A DNA stretch of 64,000 bases from positions 1 through 64,000 of IMG/VR virus record IMGVR_UViG_3300025930_000008, one strand, 5' to 3'. Shown piece by piece: positions 19,022 through 29,572 of this stretch. The notes under the pieces are model-generated. The model worked only from the letters and a program-made list of their open reading frames with translations, was not told where the DNA came from and did no database searches. A program made the position numbers and the translations under genes. Position 1 is the stretch's first letter, and each line of letters starts with the position of its first letter. This DNA comes from a virus.

Positions 19022-19299
19022 TAGTCGTTCAAGAAGTTATACTTCTGCTCCAATAGATCATCAATCTCTGCCTGAGCGATAGGCTCTAGCTCTTGACGCA
19101 GCCTCATGATCTGCTCGTACCTAAAGGACTCCGCTTCCTCATCTGTCATGCCGGGAGGCATAGCCCACTTGCCAGACACACTGAAATGATAGTCAGCACT
19201 GAGTTCAAACTTCTTTAGCTGCACCTTGCCTCCGCTAGAGACAGAGGCACCACACTCAATTAGCGTTGGCTTCTCTACAGAGTTATCCTCTTGCGACAT
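19021..19299 (-). CDS. hypothetical protein
   Basis: 92 aa ORF. Confidence 0.55.
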   Translation of the reverse strand: MSQEDNSVEKPTLIECGASVSSGGKVQLKKFELSADYHFSVSGKWAMPPGMTDEEAESFRYEQIMRLRQELEPIAQAEIDDLLEQKYNFLND

Positions 19300-19412
19300 T
19301 GACTACCAGTCCTTCCTTCTTAGCCAACTTCTCAGCATACTTCTCGAAATCAGCAATGACTTTAGGGTTAAGGGGCGCGCCAGATAGATCATGGATGGTC
19401 ACAGACACAGCA

Positions 19413-19847
19413 TTAGTTTTCATCAGTCAATCCTCGATGACATAGTAGAGTATTCATACGACACATAAACTGGAACTGCTTTGTCATGAGTTCCATGATA
19501 GAGTAATGATGCCCACCAATCTCAAACACCATTGGACAGCCATGCAATCCTTCCAATGGCTCCATGCCTAGCGCACTTATCATAGCCAACAACTCTGGAC
19601 ACTCTTCCTCAGTGCCAAGGTTGACAACCACATTACTAGGAGGTATATACGGAGGCGGCGTAACCGTATGATGGTATGTAGGGGGAGGGTACGAAGCGTT
19701 AGTAGTCGGGAATGTAAGACTACCAGTTGTGTAGCTCGATGGGCTTACAACATAATGCTTATGCGTATTCTCAGACTTGATAGCATCCATACTATCTCTT
19801 AGCTTATCATACTCTTCGTCGGTCATGAGTACCGGTGGTCCCTCCAA
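19413..19847 (-). CDS. hypothetical protein
   Basis: 144 aa ORF. Confidence 0.55.
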   Translation of the reverse strand: MEGPPVLMTDEEYDKLRDSMDAIKSENTHKHYVVSPSSYTTGSLTFPTTNASYPPPTYHHTVTPPPYIPPSNVVVNLGTEEECPELLAMISALGMEPLEGLHGCPMVFEIGGHHYSIMELMTKQFQFMCRMNTLLCHRGLTDEN

Positions 19848-21067
19848 TATAGAACACCATTTACGTAAGTGGCTAAGTCTAATTTGAACGTGCCGTCAGG
19901 CCAGATAGATGCTGTAGCAAACCCATTCTGCCAGTCAGGAGCAATCGTATAGCCCAAGCCGTCTTGTATCTTGCAGAGGCATCCTGTCTCAACTGCGGCC
20001 AAGGTGCTGAGCGTCCCGTCAATGTCATGAGTAGTCTTGTGTACCAAAGACTGTCGATGGGTGTGCCCGACAACCACAGAGTAACCAAGCGCTTCGAGAG
20101 TACCGAGTGCGCTTGCCCCCGAGCCTTTACGAGCGATCCATCCATGACGCGCAGCTAAATGGTTGGATAGTTTCGCCTGAGCGTGATTGTACCCGCCCGA
20201 TGGAGCGAGAAATTCAATGTCAAGACTTGGCAGGCGCAGTAGATTCGATACACACCATACAGGTGACTCTTGTTCCTCCCCAGGGATATCAGCCGCTCGC
20301 AATCCATATAAGTCCCGCACATATAGCAAAAGCTGCTGTCTAATTCTCTCGTCATGGTTGCCCATGAGTTTAGTCCAGCGCGTGTTGGTGCTAGCCTGAA
20401 CATAGTCCCTGAGCAGGAGGTACCCCGCATTTACACCCTCCTGTACCGTGGAGTCCCACTCTGGATTAAGAGCATGCCTAGAAATCCCCCCGAAATCCAC
20501 GGTGTCACCCATGAGGATGCCTCGCGCTGGTTTATTAACCCGGAGCCAGTCACAGAAAAGCCGATGGAGGTCAAGATCATGGTGGGGAGCCTGCTGATCC
20601 CCTGCAAATACTACAAGTTCCGCGCCTTTCTTGTCAAGCTGAGCCTTGGCCGGGGCCTTGTATTTAGAAGGCTCCTGCGCGAACGGGAGGACCAGTTGCA
20701 GCTTTCTCCTGGCGCTTACGGTAAGCTGCTTGAGCTTAATTCCACCCGGAGAATCCCACTCGTTCACCTTGACGTGGGTAACCTCCCACTCGTCCGGGTC
20801 TAGGTTACGTTCCTTGAGTAGATCATTAGTGTCAGGTAGTTTAACATCAGGCTCGGAGGTTATCTCCTTCTTGTTAGCATCCACTGACTCCTGTGTATAT
20901 ACTTCATCGTATCCACCAAAGACACGATCATACTCTACCTGTGATACGTAACGCTGTCCCTTAATCTTCCTTGTCTTGAGAGTCCCCCTGTCCACCCGGC
21001 TTCTCACTGCCCGATGGGTCAGACCCGCTCTCTCCGCTACTTCCTTGAGTGTCAGGTAATTCGTCAT
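19823..21067 (-). CDS. HTH + calcineurin-like metallophosphoesterase
   Basis: N-terminal LTLKEVAERAG; GDQQ, GDTVD, GNHD, HG, GHTH motifs. Confidence 0.85.
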   Translation of the reverse strand: MTNYLTLKEVAERAGLTHRAVRSRVDRGTLKTRKIKGQRYVSQVEYDRVFGGYDEVYTQESVDANKKEITSEPDVKLPDTNDLLKERNLDPDEWEVTHVKVNEWDSPGGIKLKQLTVSARRKLQLVLPFAQEPSKYKAPAKAQLDKKGAELVVFAGDQQAPHHDLDLHRLFCDWLRVNKPARGILMGDTVDFGGISRHALNPEWDSTVQEGVNAGYLLLRDYVQASTNTRWTKLMGNHDERIRQQLLLYVRDLYGLRAADIPGEEQESPVWCVSNLLRLPSLDIEFLAPSGGYNHAQAKLSNHLAARHGWIARKGSGASALGTLEALGYSVVVGHTHRQSLVHKTTHDIDGTLSTLAAVETGCLCKIQDGLGYTIAPDWQNGFATASIWPDGTFKLDLATYVNGVLYWRDHRYS

Positions 21068-23255
21068 CTACCAATCTGTATTTCTTCTGTTGTGAGGCGC
21101 TTCTAGGAAGCCTTGACACGATCTTTTCCGGCGGTTGAGAAACCTTATCAGCCGGTCCGGTGGGATCATCCTGCAAGGCAACGTTCTCTAGCTCCGTATG
21201 CGAGGCGCGCGCCGCCAAATTTTCAGACCCATTTTGAGTGGACGCTGGCCGTGGCATACCTTGCCTACGTTCCATTGAGACAGGCGGTGCTGTCATACCT
21301 CCACCTGGCCCCATCGCACCTTGAGGCGTGGCCGCAGGTGCCCCGCCCATACTCATATCATTACCGATACCGCCTGGTCCCATCATCCCTGCCGGTGGCG
21401 TTGGCATGACGATACTCTCACCTGGGCCACCCGGTCCTGCTGGTGGGCCTCCTGCGCCTGGGTCCTGCCCTGCCATACCTGTTGCTGCCGGTGGCAATAC
21501 TCCCGGCGTACCGGGCTGTTGCAGAACGGACTCAACCTCAGCCTTGAGGTCTGGTGGGATGGGTAGGTTACGCTCGCGCAGAATGGTGTAAGTTTTCATC
21601 TTGGCCTCCTGCTGACGGACAGTTTTCTTTACAAGTTCCTCGTTGGTGTCCTCAATCTCATCCTCAACATCAAAGTTGACACCAACCATAAGCCTACGGT
21701 CTGAGATAGGTACACCCATGGCACGTAGAGCCTGCATGAACTGACGTTCCGTAGCCTCGTCCCTTAGGTCAAGAGTCTGGAAAGATAGCTCAGGTATAAG
21801 CAGCTTGGGGCGCGTTTCAATCCGTTTGTTTCCGTCTGGATCATAGATAACGACTTCCTCGTACAGTGGCACCTTGGTAGAGCCTCGCATCTCGTAGTCG
21901 TAATGTTCCTGGGCCTCAGCCACGACAAGAGCGCGGCTCTCGAAATGTGCCTTAAGATAATCTTGGAAGGTGCGGAGGATTTGGTTAAGGAACTCTGCTT
22001 GGAGTGCGGAGCTAGCATAAGGCTGCGTAGTTGCCCCTGCTGATAACAGGCTTGGATTGACTCCGAAAATCTGCATGATACGACGTTCAATTCTGTCGAA
22101 GTCGTCCCCAAGTCGGGGCATTTGCTCTCGTCCGAATACATTTTCAATGTCTAGTCCAAAGTGGTGTACCATGAGGCGGAAGTCAGAGGACAATGCGATA
22201 TCAATATCGTCACGCACCATTTCCATCTGATCTGGTGTCGGTACCCACGGTGGCTCGCCGTCACCTAGGTCTTGGATACCTAGCTTGGCAAGAATGAACG
22301 GAGAGTAAAGACGTTCAGCGATAGCATCCTGTGATGCCATCAACTTTTCCTCATGCATAAGGGTACGCAATCCTCGCAGGAGGATAGGCGTACCGTGGTC
22401 ATCCCAATCTGTAATCTTGTTGGCGATCTGCTTTAGAAGCACGCCAGAGATAGGGATATGTTCATTGCGTCGGAGGTAAGGAATCAACTCAGGGAAATTA
22501 AGTTCCAGCATCCTGTACTCTTTCGCAGGAGACTTTTCTTGAGCCAACTTCTTTAGATACTCTGGCGGTACCATGAGCATCTGCTTTTCACCCAAGAGAG
22601 GGAAGTTCTTGATAACTATTTCCTCAGGGTTTAGAAGTTCCTCGCGCTCCCATACTCCTAAGTCCTCGTCAAAGGAACCAAGAGAAAAGGCTTCCCCGAC
22701 TGTCCAGAACTCTCGTCCAAGGGATACAAGGAAGTTAGGGTAGTCCAGCTTGTCAAAGAACAGAGACTCATAAAAGTCTGCAAGCTTCTGGTCCTTTGAG
22801 TACAACTCCATTCCAACAAGAGGGAAACGAGTGAAAATGTCAATGAGAATAGGGACAAGGTAATGTGTTGCATAGAAAAGACGGAGCCACTTGTGTAGTT
22901 TACGCCTGTGGTTTTCGTCTGCCATGTTCCACGGCAAACCAGACAGGTCCCAATACTCCATCGGGTCATAGAACCGAGGGATGGCAGCCCATGTATCAGA
23001 GCCACCCGCACTACTCAACCGACTCGTCCTCATGCGACGAGCCAGTGCGTTATTATCATCAAGTTGTTTGAGTGTCGCAGCGTTGGGCGAGTCTAAGTTA
23101 ACAGCGCCAGTTAATGTCGCTCTTAGATCACCGGGAGTACGCGCCATGCGATGCATTTCATTTGCGTACTCCTGCTTGCGCAAAGGGTGACGTGGTAGCG
23201 TCACCCCTCGTTTTGCCAGGTTCTCAACCTGACGGTCTAGCTTGCTAGTATCCAC
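20961..23255 (-). CDS. portal protein
   Basis: 764 aa, two genes from TerL; GREFWTVGEAF, GTPILLRGLRTL; low-complexity Pro/Gly tail. Confidence 0.75.
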   Translation of the reverse strand: MDTSKLDRQVENLAKRGVTLPRHPLRKQEYANEMHRMARTPGDLRATLTGAVNLDSPNAATLKQLDDNNALARRMRTSRLSSAGGSDTWAAIPRFYDPMEYWDLSGLPWNMADENHRRKLHKWLRLFYATHYLVPILIDIFTRFPLVGMELYSKDQKLADFYESLFFDKLDYPNFLVSLGREFWTVGEAFSLGSFDEDLGVWEREELLNPEEIVIKNFPLLGEKQMLMVPPEYLKKLAQEKSPAKEYRMLELNFPELIPYLRRNEHIPISGVLLKQIANKITDWDDHGTPILLRGLRTLMHEEKLMASQDAIAERLYSPFILAKLGIQDLGDGEPPWVPTPDQMEMVRDDIDIALSSDFRLMVHHFGLDIENVFGREQMPRLGDDFDRIERRIMQIFGVNPSLLSAGATTQPYASSALQAEFLNQILRTFQDYLKAHFESRALVVAEAQEHYDYEMRGSTKVPLYEEVVIYDPDGNKRIETRPKLLIPELSFQTLDLRDEATERQFMQALRAMGVPISDRRLMVGVNFDVEDEIEDTNEELVKKTVRQQEAKMKTYTILRERNLPIPPDLKAEVESVLQQPGTPGVLPPAATGMAGQDPGAGGPPAGPGGPGESIVMPTPPAGMMGPGGIGNDMSMGGAPAATPQGAMGPGGGMTAPPVSMERRQGMPRPASTQNGSENLAARASHTELENVALQDDPTGPADKVSQPPEKIVSRLPRSASQQKKYRLVDDELPDTQGSSGESGSDPSGSEKPGGQGDSQDKED

Positions 23256-23323
23256 ACCTGTTACTATACAGGAGCGGACGGTTTACTTACCGCAAACGCA
23301 GTCACCATTGCAAGGGCAAGGCA

Positions 23324-24847
23324 TTATGAATCCCTCCATTCCGCTAGTGCTTGTGCCTCTTGTTCATCAGTCAAGAACTCAGTGATAGGATTCTTGTCAG
23401 GATCGGTGGCCGACATACGGTTCGGGTCTACCGGTGACTCCATGCCACCAGGCCCCGGTACCTGAGTCTGCGGTGGTCCTGCGCCAGCGCCCTGTCCTAC
23501 TTGGCCCTGTTCACATAGCGGGCAGCCCTTCTTACCGGGACGACCATCATCCATCATCATGCCCTCATGCTTACCCTTATTGTGCGCCTTGATCGCCATG
23601 AAATCACGGAGCGGACTACCACTTGCCTGCTCTAGACATTGGGCAGCGACCTGTTCCATCTGTGGGTTAGTAGCATGCTCTACTGAAAGAGGCTGACCAA
23701 TATACTGAGGCCATGACTGCTCAAACTGTGCAAAGGGCATGCCATTTACTGACAGGCCAGGAATGTTCTGCTCAATTTGAGAGAGCGGTAGAATAGAACC
23801 GGGGTGCATGGTCCGAGGGTTCACTTGGGTAGCAGACACGGCTGACCTACCACCACCACCGAATGTCTCAGTGTGTGCGCCGCCGCCATCAGTAGGATTA
23901 GAGTCTTTCTCTACGTCCTGTGTCTCGGTGACTGCCCGGGTCTGCTCAAGGCGACCATCGTCATCACCGGGATCGCTACTCTTGTACGCCGCTGGCTCTG
24001 CGATATCCTGATGCCTCGTAGGGTGAGGCGACCCACTCATTTCAACGTCTAAAAAACGTACGTTTTCAGGGGTCCACTTCTTCTTATCCATTTTAGGTGA
24101 TGGCCCCGCACCACCCTGGTCTACATCAACAGTCTTTAGTGCTTCACCTGTGCGAGCCATGACCATATCACGCTCAGCGTCACCGGCCATTGCCCAATCA
24201 CTATCAGTGTAGAGGTCAGTCTCGATGGGTGCGTCAGGCTCAGGCACCTGAATATCATCCGGAGTAGCAACAGGATCGGTAACAGGTTCAGGCTCAGCGT
24301 CAGGGTGAGGCTGTCCACCACCCTCGTTGTCCCAATCATGCTCATTCTCTGCGCGCATACGCTCGCGCTCTAGGCGACGTTCCTCTGCTTTCTCTGCCTT
24401 GGTATCCCAATAAGATTGAGTAGTCATTTCAGGCTTGAAGTTACAGCGACCACCCTCCCATGCACCACGGCATGAGTTTTCGCTGAACATATGCTGAGCC
24501 ATGGCAGCGAAGCCAGCCTGAGGATCACCCTGCTGTAGAGAAATGTCCGTAATCTCACGGTGAACAGGACACATCTTAGGCTTGCGCGCCTCTACGGTGA
24601 AGCCAAGGTGCTGCTTGACTGAGGCTAAGACTGACTCCCAATCATCATAGTATACATCAGCGCACGCCTGCTTGACTGTCTCTGTCAAGTCCCCCGCTAC
24701 CAGCGCGAGTCGTTCATCATGATTCCCATTCGCCAGGAATTGTGCGAACCTTTTAGTGGCCCTCGCGCGAGCCAAAGCTAGGGCCTTGCGTGCTGCGACC
24801 CGATGTACTTCCTCATCAAAGGCTAGTGATTCAAATAGCCCACTCAT
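23324..24847 (-). CDS. putative head-associated protein
   Basis: lies between terminase and portal; acidic, modular. Confidence 0.5.
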   Translation of the reverse strand: MSGLFESLAFDEEVHRVAARKALALARARATKRFAQFLANGNHDERLALVAGDLTETVKQACADVYYDDWESVLASVKQHLGFTVEARKPKMCPVHREITDISLQQGDPQAGFAAMAQHMFSENSCRGAWEGGRCNFKPEMTTQSYWDTKAEKAEERRLERERMRAENEHDWDNEGGGQPHPDAEPEPVTDPVATPDDIQVPEPDAPIETDLYTDSDWAMAGDAERDMVMARTGEALKTVDVDQGGAGPSPKMDKKKWTPENVRFLDVEMSGSPHPTRHQDIAEPAAYKSSDPGDDDGRLEQTRAVTETQDVEKDSNPTDGGGAHTETFGGGGRSAVSATQVNPRTMHPGSILPLSQIEQNIPGLSVNGMPFAQFEQSWPQYIGQPLSVEHATNPQMEQVAAQCLEQASGSPLRDFMAIKAHNKGKHEGMMMDDGRPGKKGCPLCEQGQVGQGAGAGPPQTQVPGPGGMESPVDPNRMSATDPDKNPITEFLTDEQEAQALAEWRDS

Positions 24848-25854
24848 TATAGGAACAGTCCTTCATCTGGATAAGTTTCTTGTGTACTGGCTTCCTTAGC
24901 CACGCGCTCCGACTCTTGGTACCGTTCCTTTAGCGCCGCAGTACGCGCTTGACGAACGCGCTGAACAAATTCCTTGCGGAACTGAACGACCGCTTCACCA
25001 TCCAAGCCAGCAGTATGCGAACTAACAAAGCCGTTAGCGGTTTCTTCAACGCCCACAGCATCTTCCAAAGCCGGAGTTTCAAGATCAGCGATAAGAAGAT
25101 CGGGACCCTCTTCCATAAGTTTGTCAAAATCTTGAGCCTCATTCTCGTTAACCATTTGTTCGTGGATATGATCCAGCCAAGTCGAGTCGCCGCCGCCCAT
25201 GCTCTCCTGCTCAACCACATTTGTTTCAAAGGGAGCGGGTGGAGCATAAGGCTCCGCATCCTCAAGGGCGGCAAGCGCGTCAGTAATCTCGCGGAGTTCG
25301 TGGTCAGCAAAGACCATGATGTTACCGACAGTTGTCTCATCCGAGTAGGATGAATTCCTTAGAACCTGGGCTGCCTCATGCTTGATAGCCTTTAGTTCCT
25401 TTACCCTTGCTACAAGACCTGAACGTGACTGATCCTCAATGGGAGCGTTCAACCTTTCCTCTAACGCTGCAAGCGGAGAGGACGCGACCCTCTTTTCATT
25501 GAGCCATTCAAATTTCTCGTCCGGGGTCACATCAAAGCGTGTGATCCTACCATTCTCTAAGCGGATGGTTACTTGGTCGCCCCAAAGTCCCTTCTGCTTG
25601 CCAAGGATGGTACCCCTTAGGCCATTAGGAGTGACAACGTGGGTAGCAGAAGCGTAACTCGCTTCCTTCTCCTGCTCGTCGTCCTTCTTTTCCTCGTCGT
25701 CATCATCCTCATTCTTTTTGAATGGGAATTCAGCTAGCTTACGCTCTAGCTCATCAGCGTCGTCAGCAGATGCAACGATCTTACCTCCAACGTAAGCGTA
25801 AGCCTTGCCGTCGTCGTCAAATACGAATGTAGGTGTAGCAGGCATAGTTCTCAA
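24847..25854 (-). CDS. putative head-associated/scaffold-like protein
   Basis: acidic, helical; position in head module. Confidence 0.5.
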   Translation of the reverse strand: MRTMPATPTFVFDDDGKAYAYVGGKIVASADDADELERKLAEFPFKKNEDDDDEEKKDDEQEKEASYASATHVVTPNGLRGTILGKQKGLWGDQVTIRLENGRITRFDVTPDEKFEWLNEKRVASSPLAALEERLNAPIEDQSRSGLVARVKELKAIKHEAAQVLRNSSYSDETTVGNIMVFADHELREITDALAALEDAEPYAPPAPFETNVVEQESMGGGDSTWLDHIHEQMVNENEAQDFDKLMEEGPDLLIADLETPALEDAVGVEETANGFVSSHTAGLDGEAVVQFRKEFVQRVRQARTAALKERYQESERVAKEASTQETYPDEGLFL

Positions 25855-25889
25855 CGATTACACTACTTGCTCTGTAGTATTTTCAAGCC

Positions 25890-27989
25890 TTAGTAACCTC
25901 GGCCTGGCCTGCCACGTCTACTACGGGTATTCCAACTGCCTGAACGTGATGCCGTAAGACTATCAAGCTGTTCCCTTACCCTTTGTGACGGCCTACCGAG
26001 TGGGTCTGCATTTTTCTTTTGTTCACGGAAGGTATTCAATGAAGGCTTCTTAGCCACACCATTATAGAAGGTAGACATGGCCTGGTCATTGCGCCCCCCG
26101 ATTTGGTAACCACCCTCAGCACCGAACGCTGGGGACAATTCACCCAATGAATTCCTGGCCTGCTTAGCAATGACATTACCGATCAATGCTTCCGTCACTT
26201 CCATCAGACAATCAGCCATGTCCTTTGTAGTAACAGGACCAATCTCCTGACGGTCAACGCGAGGGAACCTACCGGCTGTGTTCACCTGTTGAAGATGCTT
26301 AAGCTCACGGTTAGACCATTCAGCATCACTAGTATCATTCGGTATATGTACCAGACCTTGGTATAATGCTGTTCGGAATACTTCAGCCCTATTCCAATTG
26401 TACTGTGACGTAGCGGTCTTTTCATACACACGGATATTGCCCATGTTATTCTTCCTAAGGTACGTATTGAGGAAGGAGATTGGGGCACCGGATTGGAACT
26501 GGTCAAAGGTTACCTCATATGGTTGGAAGATATTGATATACTTTACGACCTCATCAAGTACAACCTCCCAATCAATAACCCGGTCGGGGAATTGCTCTGG
26601 CTGCCAGCGCTTCACAATGTCAAAGACTACATGCTCGCGCAGTTGGCCTTGCGTGTCCTCTAATTCTTCGACGTGGCCGAGCGCAAATCCGAACCCCGCA
26701 GTCGTAGACGACGGATCAAGGTGCGCCTTGTACTGGAACTTGAATGATGGGTAAGACCAGTTGGTACGGAGGCTGACGGTACTGCCATCCCGCATTGGCA
26801 CGCCCTGGTACGCACGGTCCACCATTTCAGGACGGAGGAAGGCGTCAATAATTTCTGCGAACTGACCACGGCGCTCTACCTTGTACGACTCAGGATCCTG
26901 GCGCTCAGTGTCACGCTCAATTATAATACCATCGCGGTCATCGGCAGAGTAATAGTAGTCGTCACCCTTTTTCTCCATCGGGTCCCAATCTGGGGACTGC
27001 GTGATGGCCTTGCGCAGCGGCACGCCCTTGTGATATTGTGAGCGGTGGCCCTGGTAGCCTTCAAACAATGCCCACGAAGGGAACTGGAAGGTGAACATGA
27101 ATGGCGCAACTACCTTACCATCCTCTGTTAGTTTCAGACCGTCCTCATATCTCTCGTAGAACTTCCCGATCTTGGTATACGGGGAAGAGTTACAAAAGAT
27201 CATGGCATCTTTACCAAACTGAGCCAGCGCTGGTATGGCTGCGTCATAGACAGACGCAGCAGTGGCAGCACTTTCACCTTCCTGTTGCATGTGTGCCATC
27301 TCGTCAAAGCAAATGGCAATGGTGGCAGAACCACGAAGCGTTGCAGCATTGGCTGCGAGGGCTACCCCACGTAGCTTGGAAATGTCACGACCTACCCGGC
27401 CACCTTGACGCTTCCACCTATTCATGCGCTGTTTGTCAGCCTCAGTTGCTACAGAAAACTCTAGCTCCTGAATCTTAGTGATGTTCTGTTGCATGGCCTC
27501 ACACCTTGCAACGGTTGAAGAGAAGTCGGCGTACTGATACTTCTTAGCCTGGTCCTGAGCCGAGGCGAGACAAGAGAAATAGATTTCCTTGTCCGGGTCA
27601 ATGTTGTAGTACAGACCAGGATCCTGTAACTGTAAAGTGTCATACATCTTCTTGGCTAGTGCCAAGCCGGTGATGAATCCCTTAGAGGAACGTCGTCCTC
27701 CTACTAACACGCACTCACGGAAGTGTGAGTAGCCTGCCGTGCGTAGATACTCTACGCGCTCCCTGATCTTGGGAGAGATAACTATTTCTCTACCATCGCG
27801 GCCACCTCTGATCCAGTGGTCAAGGATATCTTCCTCTGGCCCGGTCAGTTCCTCAAGGAACATCAGCTTGAGTAGTACAAGCTGGCGAGGATACAGACGC
27901 TTGCCACAATACTGATCGGACTCGCAGTATTCTTCGATGGATACCTTGCGAGTAGCCAAGCCGCGTGTTATCTCATCGAAGAAGTCCAT
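25890..27989 (-). CDS. terL: terminase large subunit
   Basis: LYPRQ, Walker A GGRRSSKG, Walker B ICFDE, SSP, nuclease HLDP, TFDQFQS, KDMAD. Confidence 0.9.
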   Translation of the reverse strand: MDFFDEITRGLATRKVSIEEYCESDQYCGKRLYPRQLVLLKLMFLEELTGPEEDILDHWIRGGRDGREIVISPKIRERVEYLRTAGYSHFRECVLVGGRRSSKGFITGLALAKKMYDTLQLQDPGLYYNIDPDKEIYFSCLASAQDQAKKYQYADFSSTVARCEAMQQNITKIQELEFSVATEADKQRMNRWKRQGGRVGRDISKLRGVALAANAATLRGSATIAICFDEMAHMQQEGESAATAASVYDAAIPALAQFGKDAMIFCNSSPYTKIGKFYERYEDGLKLTEDGKVVAPFMFTFQFPSWALFEGYQGHRSQYHKGVPLRKAITQSPDWDPMEKKGDDYYYSADDRDGIIIERDTERQDPESYKVERRGQFAEIIDAFLRPEMVDRAYQGVPMRDGSTVSLRTNWSYPSFKFQYKAHLDPSSTTAGFGFALGHVEELEDTQGQLREHVVFDIVKRWQPEQFPDRVIDWEVVLDEVVKYINIFQPYEVTFDQFQSGAPISFLNTYLRKNNMGNIRVYEKTATSQYNWNRAEVFRTALYQGLVHIPNDTSDAEWSNRELKHLQQVNTAGRFPRVDRQEIGPVTTKDMADCLMEVTEALIGNVIAKQARNSLGELSPAFGAEGGYQIGGRNDQAMSTFYNGVAKKPSLNTFREQKKNADPLGRPSQRVREQLDSLTASRSGSWNTRSRRGRPGRGY

Positions 27990-28028
27990 TGTTTATAATC
28001 TTTATTATAATAAAATCTACAAGGAAAA

Positions 28029-28418
28029 TTATTTTCCCTTGTCGTCTTTCCTTTTGTTCAATGGCTCCTTCTGACCAAGCCACTGTTCGTTTCTTTCGTT
28101 GGCCTTGTTTACTTCCCAGCCCTTCTGCTCATGATCGAACCCGTGCTTATGTAACGAGTCGCCCTGGACTTTGCCAACGACTTCGATGACAGGTGGCTCA
28201 CCGTAAAAACACGGTGACGGGTCCATCGTAGCGAGAATGCCAATATCCATGAGGCGTGTAAGAGTTTCATCCCTTAGGCTTTCTAGATTCTCTACCGAGT
28301 TTTTGCGTCCCGCGTATTTGACACGAACTTCCTCGACTACCTTAAAGAATCTAGAAATCTCTGCGTCAGTGAGGTCGCTCGCTGAGTGGGCAAAGTCTTT
28401 GCCTGGTTCCATCGACAT
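28029..28418 (-). CDS. hypothetical protein
   Basis: 129 aa ORF with SD GGAGA. Confidence 0.6.
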   Translation of the reverse strand: MSMEPGKDFAHSASDLTDAEISRFFKVVEEVRVKYAGRKNSVENLESLRDETLTRLMDIGILATMDPSPCFYGEPPVIEVVGKVQGDSLHKHGFDHEQKGWEVNKANERNEQWLGQKEPLNKRKDDKGK

Positions 28419-28427
28419 AACTTTCTC

Positions 28428-28871
28428 CTATGCGTAGATGTGAATGGGTGACCACAAGGGTACCAAATCGTACAGTTCTATTACATCGGTGATGCTCATG
28501 CGGATACAGCCATGGGATGCATGAGTCCCGATGCTTGTGATGTTGTCGGTGCCATGAATGCCTACACCGTCGTTAGTAATCCCCATCCAACGAGCCTTCA
28601 AAGGATTGGCCGGGTCACCGCCCGGAATAATCTTGCCCTTGTTCTCGTCCGCCACCCAGGCTGAGTCCGGCATCTTCCATGCCGGGTTCTCCACCTTCAC
28701 ATGGATAAGCCACATGCCTAATGGGGTAGGGAAGTCTGGTTGACCTACTGCTACGTCATAGGTCTGGTATCTTTTGAATTCAATGCCGCCCGCCGGTCGC
28801 TTCCAAAGTTGTAGCTTACAGCGTGAGCGGGAGACTCTGAGGATCGCTGAGGGTTTGATGACATGGGGCAT
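28428..28871 (-). CDS. L,D-transpeptidase (YkuD family)
   Basis: VAVG..TPLG; GIHGT...SHGCIRM. Confidence 0.9.
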   Translation of the reverse strand: MPHVIKPSAILRVSRSRCKLQLWKRPAGGIEFKRYQTYDVAVGQPDFPTPLGMWLIHVKVENPAWKMPDSAWVADENKGKIIPGGDPANPLKARWMGITNDGVGIHGTDNITSIGTHASHGCIRMSITDVIELYDLVPLWSPIHIYA

Positions 28872-28965
28872 GGCATTCATTACAAGCAAGAAGCCCGCCA
28901 AAATGGCGGGCCTCAGGCAGATATCGGATCACCCCCTTCTCATAGGGTGGTCATAATATGTTTCC

Positions 28966-29479
28966 TTATACTAGTCGTGGTGCTACATCAGTAATCACAA
29001 TGCCCGCTGCCGTAGCGGCTGCTGCTGCTACGCGGACCTGAGCAATTACTGTAACGTCACCAGTAGGTCGGGCTGGCAACGGCGTAGCTGCTGCCGTGCC
29101 TGCGACCTGGGAGACTGCACCAGTACCATTGTTTACAACCACTAGGTCAATACGAGGGTTCGTACCGTCCGGGGCCGATGCCAATGCCTGGTTGTTTGCT
29201 GCGGCCACCGTTACAGTACCGCCATCCTCACGGAGTAGAGTTCCGGCTGACGTGGTGACCGTGATTGTGGTTCCGTTCGTTGAGACTACGCCGGATGCTA
29301 CAGCGGCAGGAATGTCACCGACTGTAACAAACTGTCCGATTGCTGAGTGGTGAGTAAGAGCCTGGCGAGAGGCAACGTTGTCAAGATCGACTACGCGGTT
29401 CGCCGTGCTGGTTACCATACCATTTCCTACGCGGACGCCTCGACGTGAGAGTCCACGAATTTTTACTAGCTCTGTCATG
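28966..29479 (-). CDS. putative structural/decoration protein
   Basis: Ala/Thr/Val-rich, PDGTNPRIDLVVV. Confidence 0.55.
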
Positions 29480-29572
29480 ATCTGTATTCCTCTTAGGTTT
29501 TGACGCGGTACGCTCCGTCGCAGGGGCACGCACCTTGGATCACCTATTCAGGAACGGAGGGACACGGTTTTA

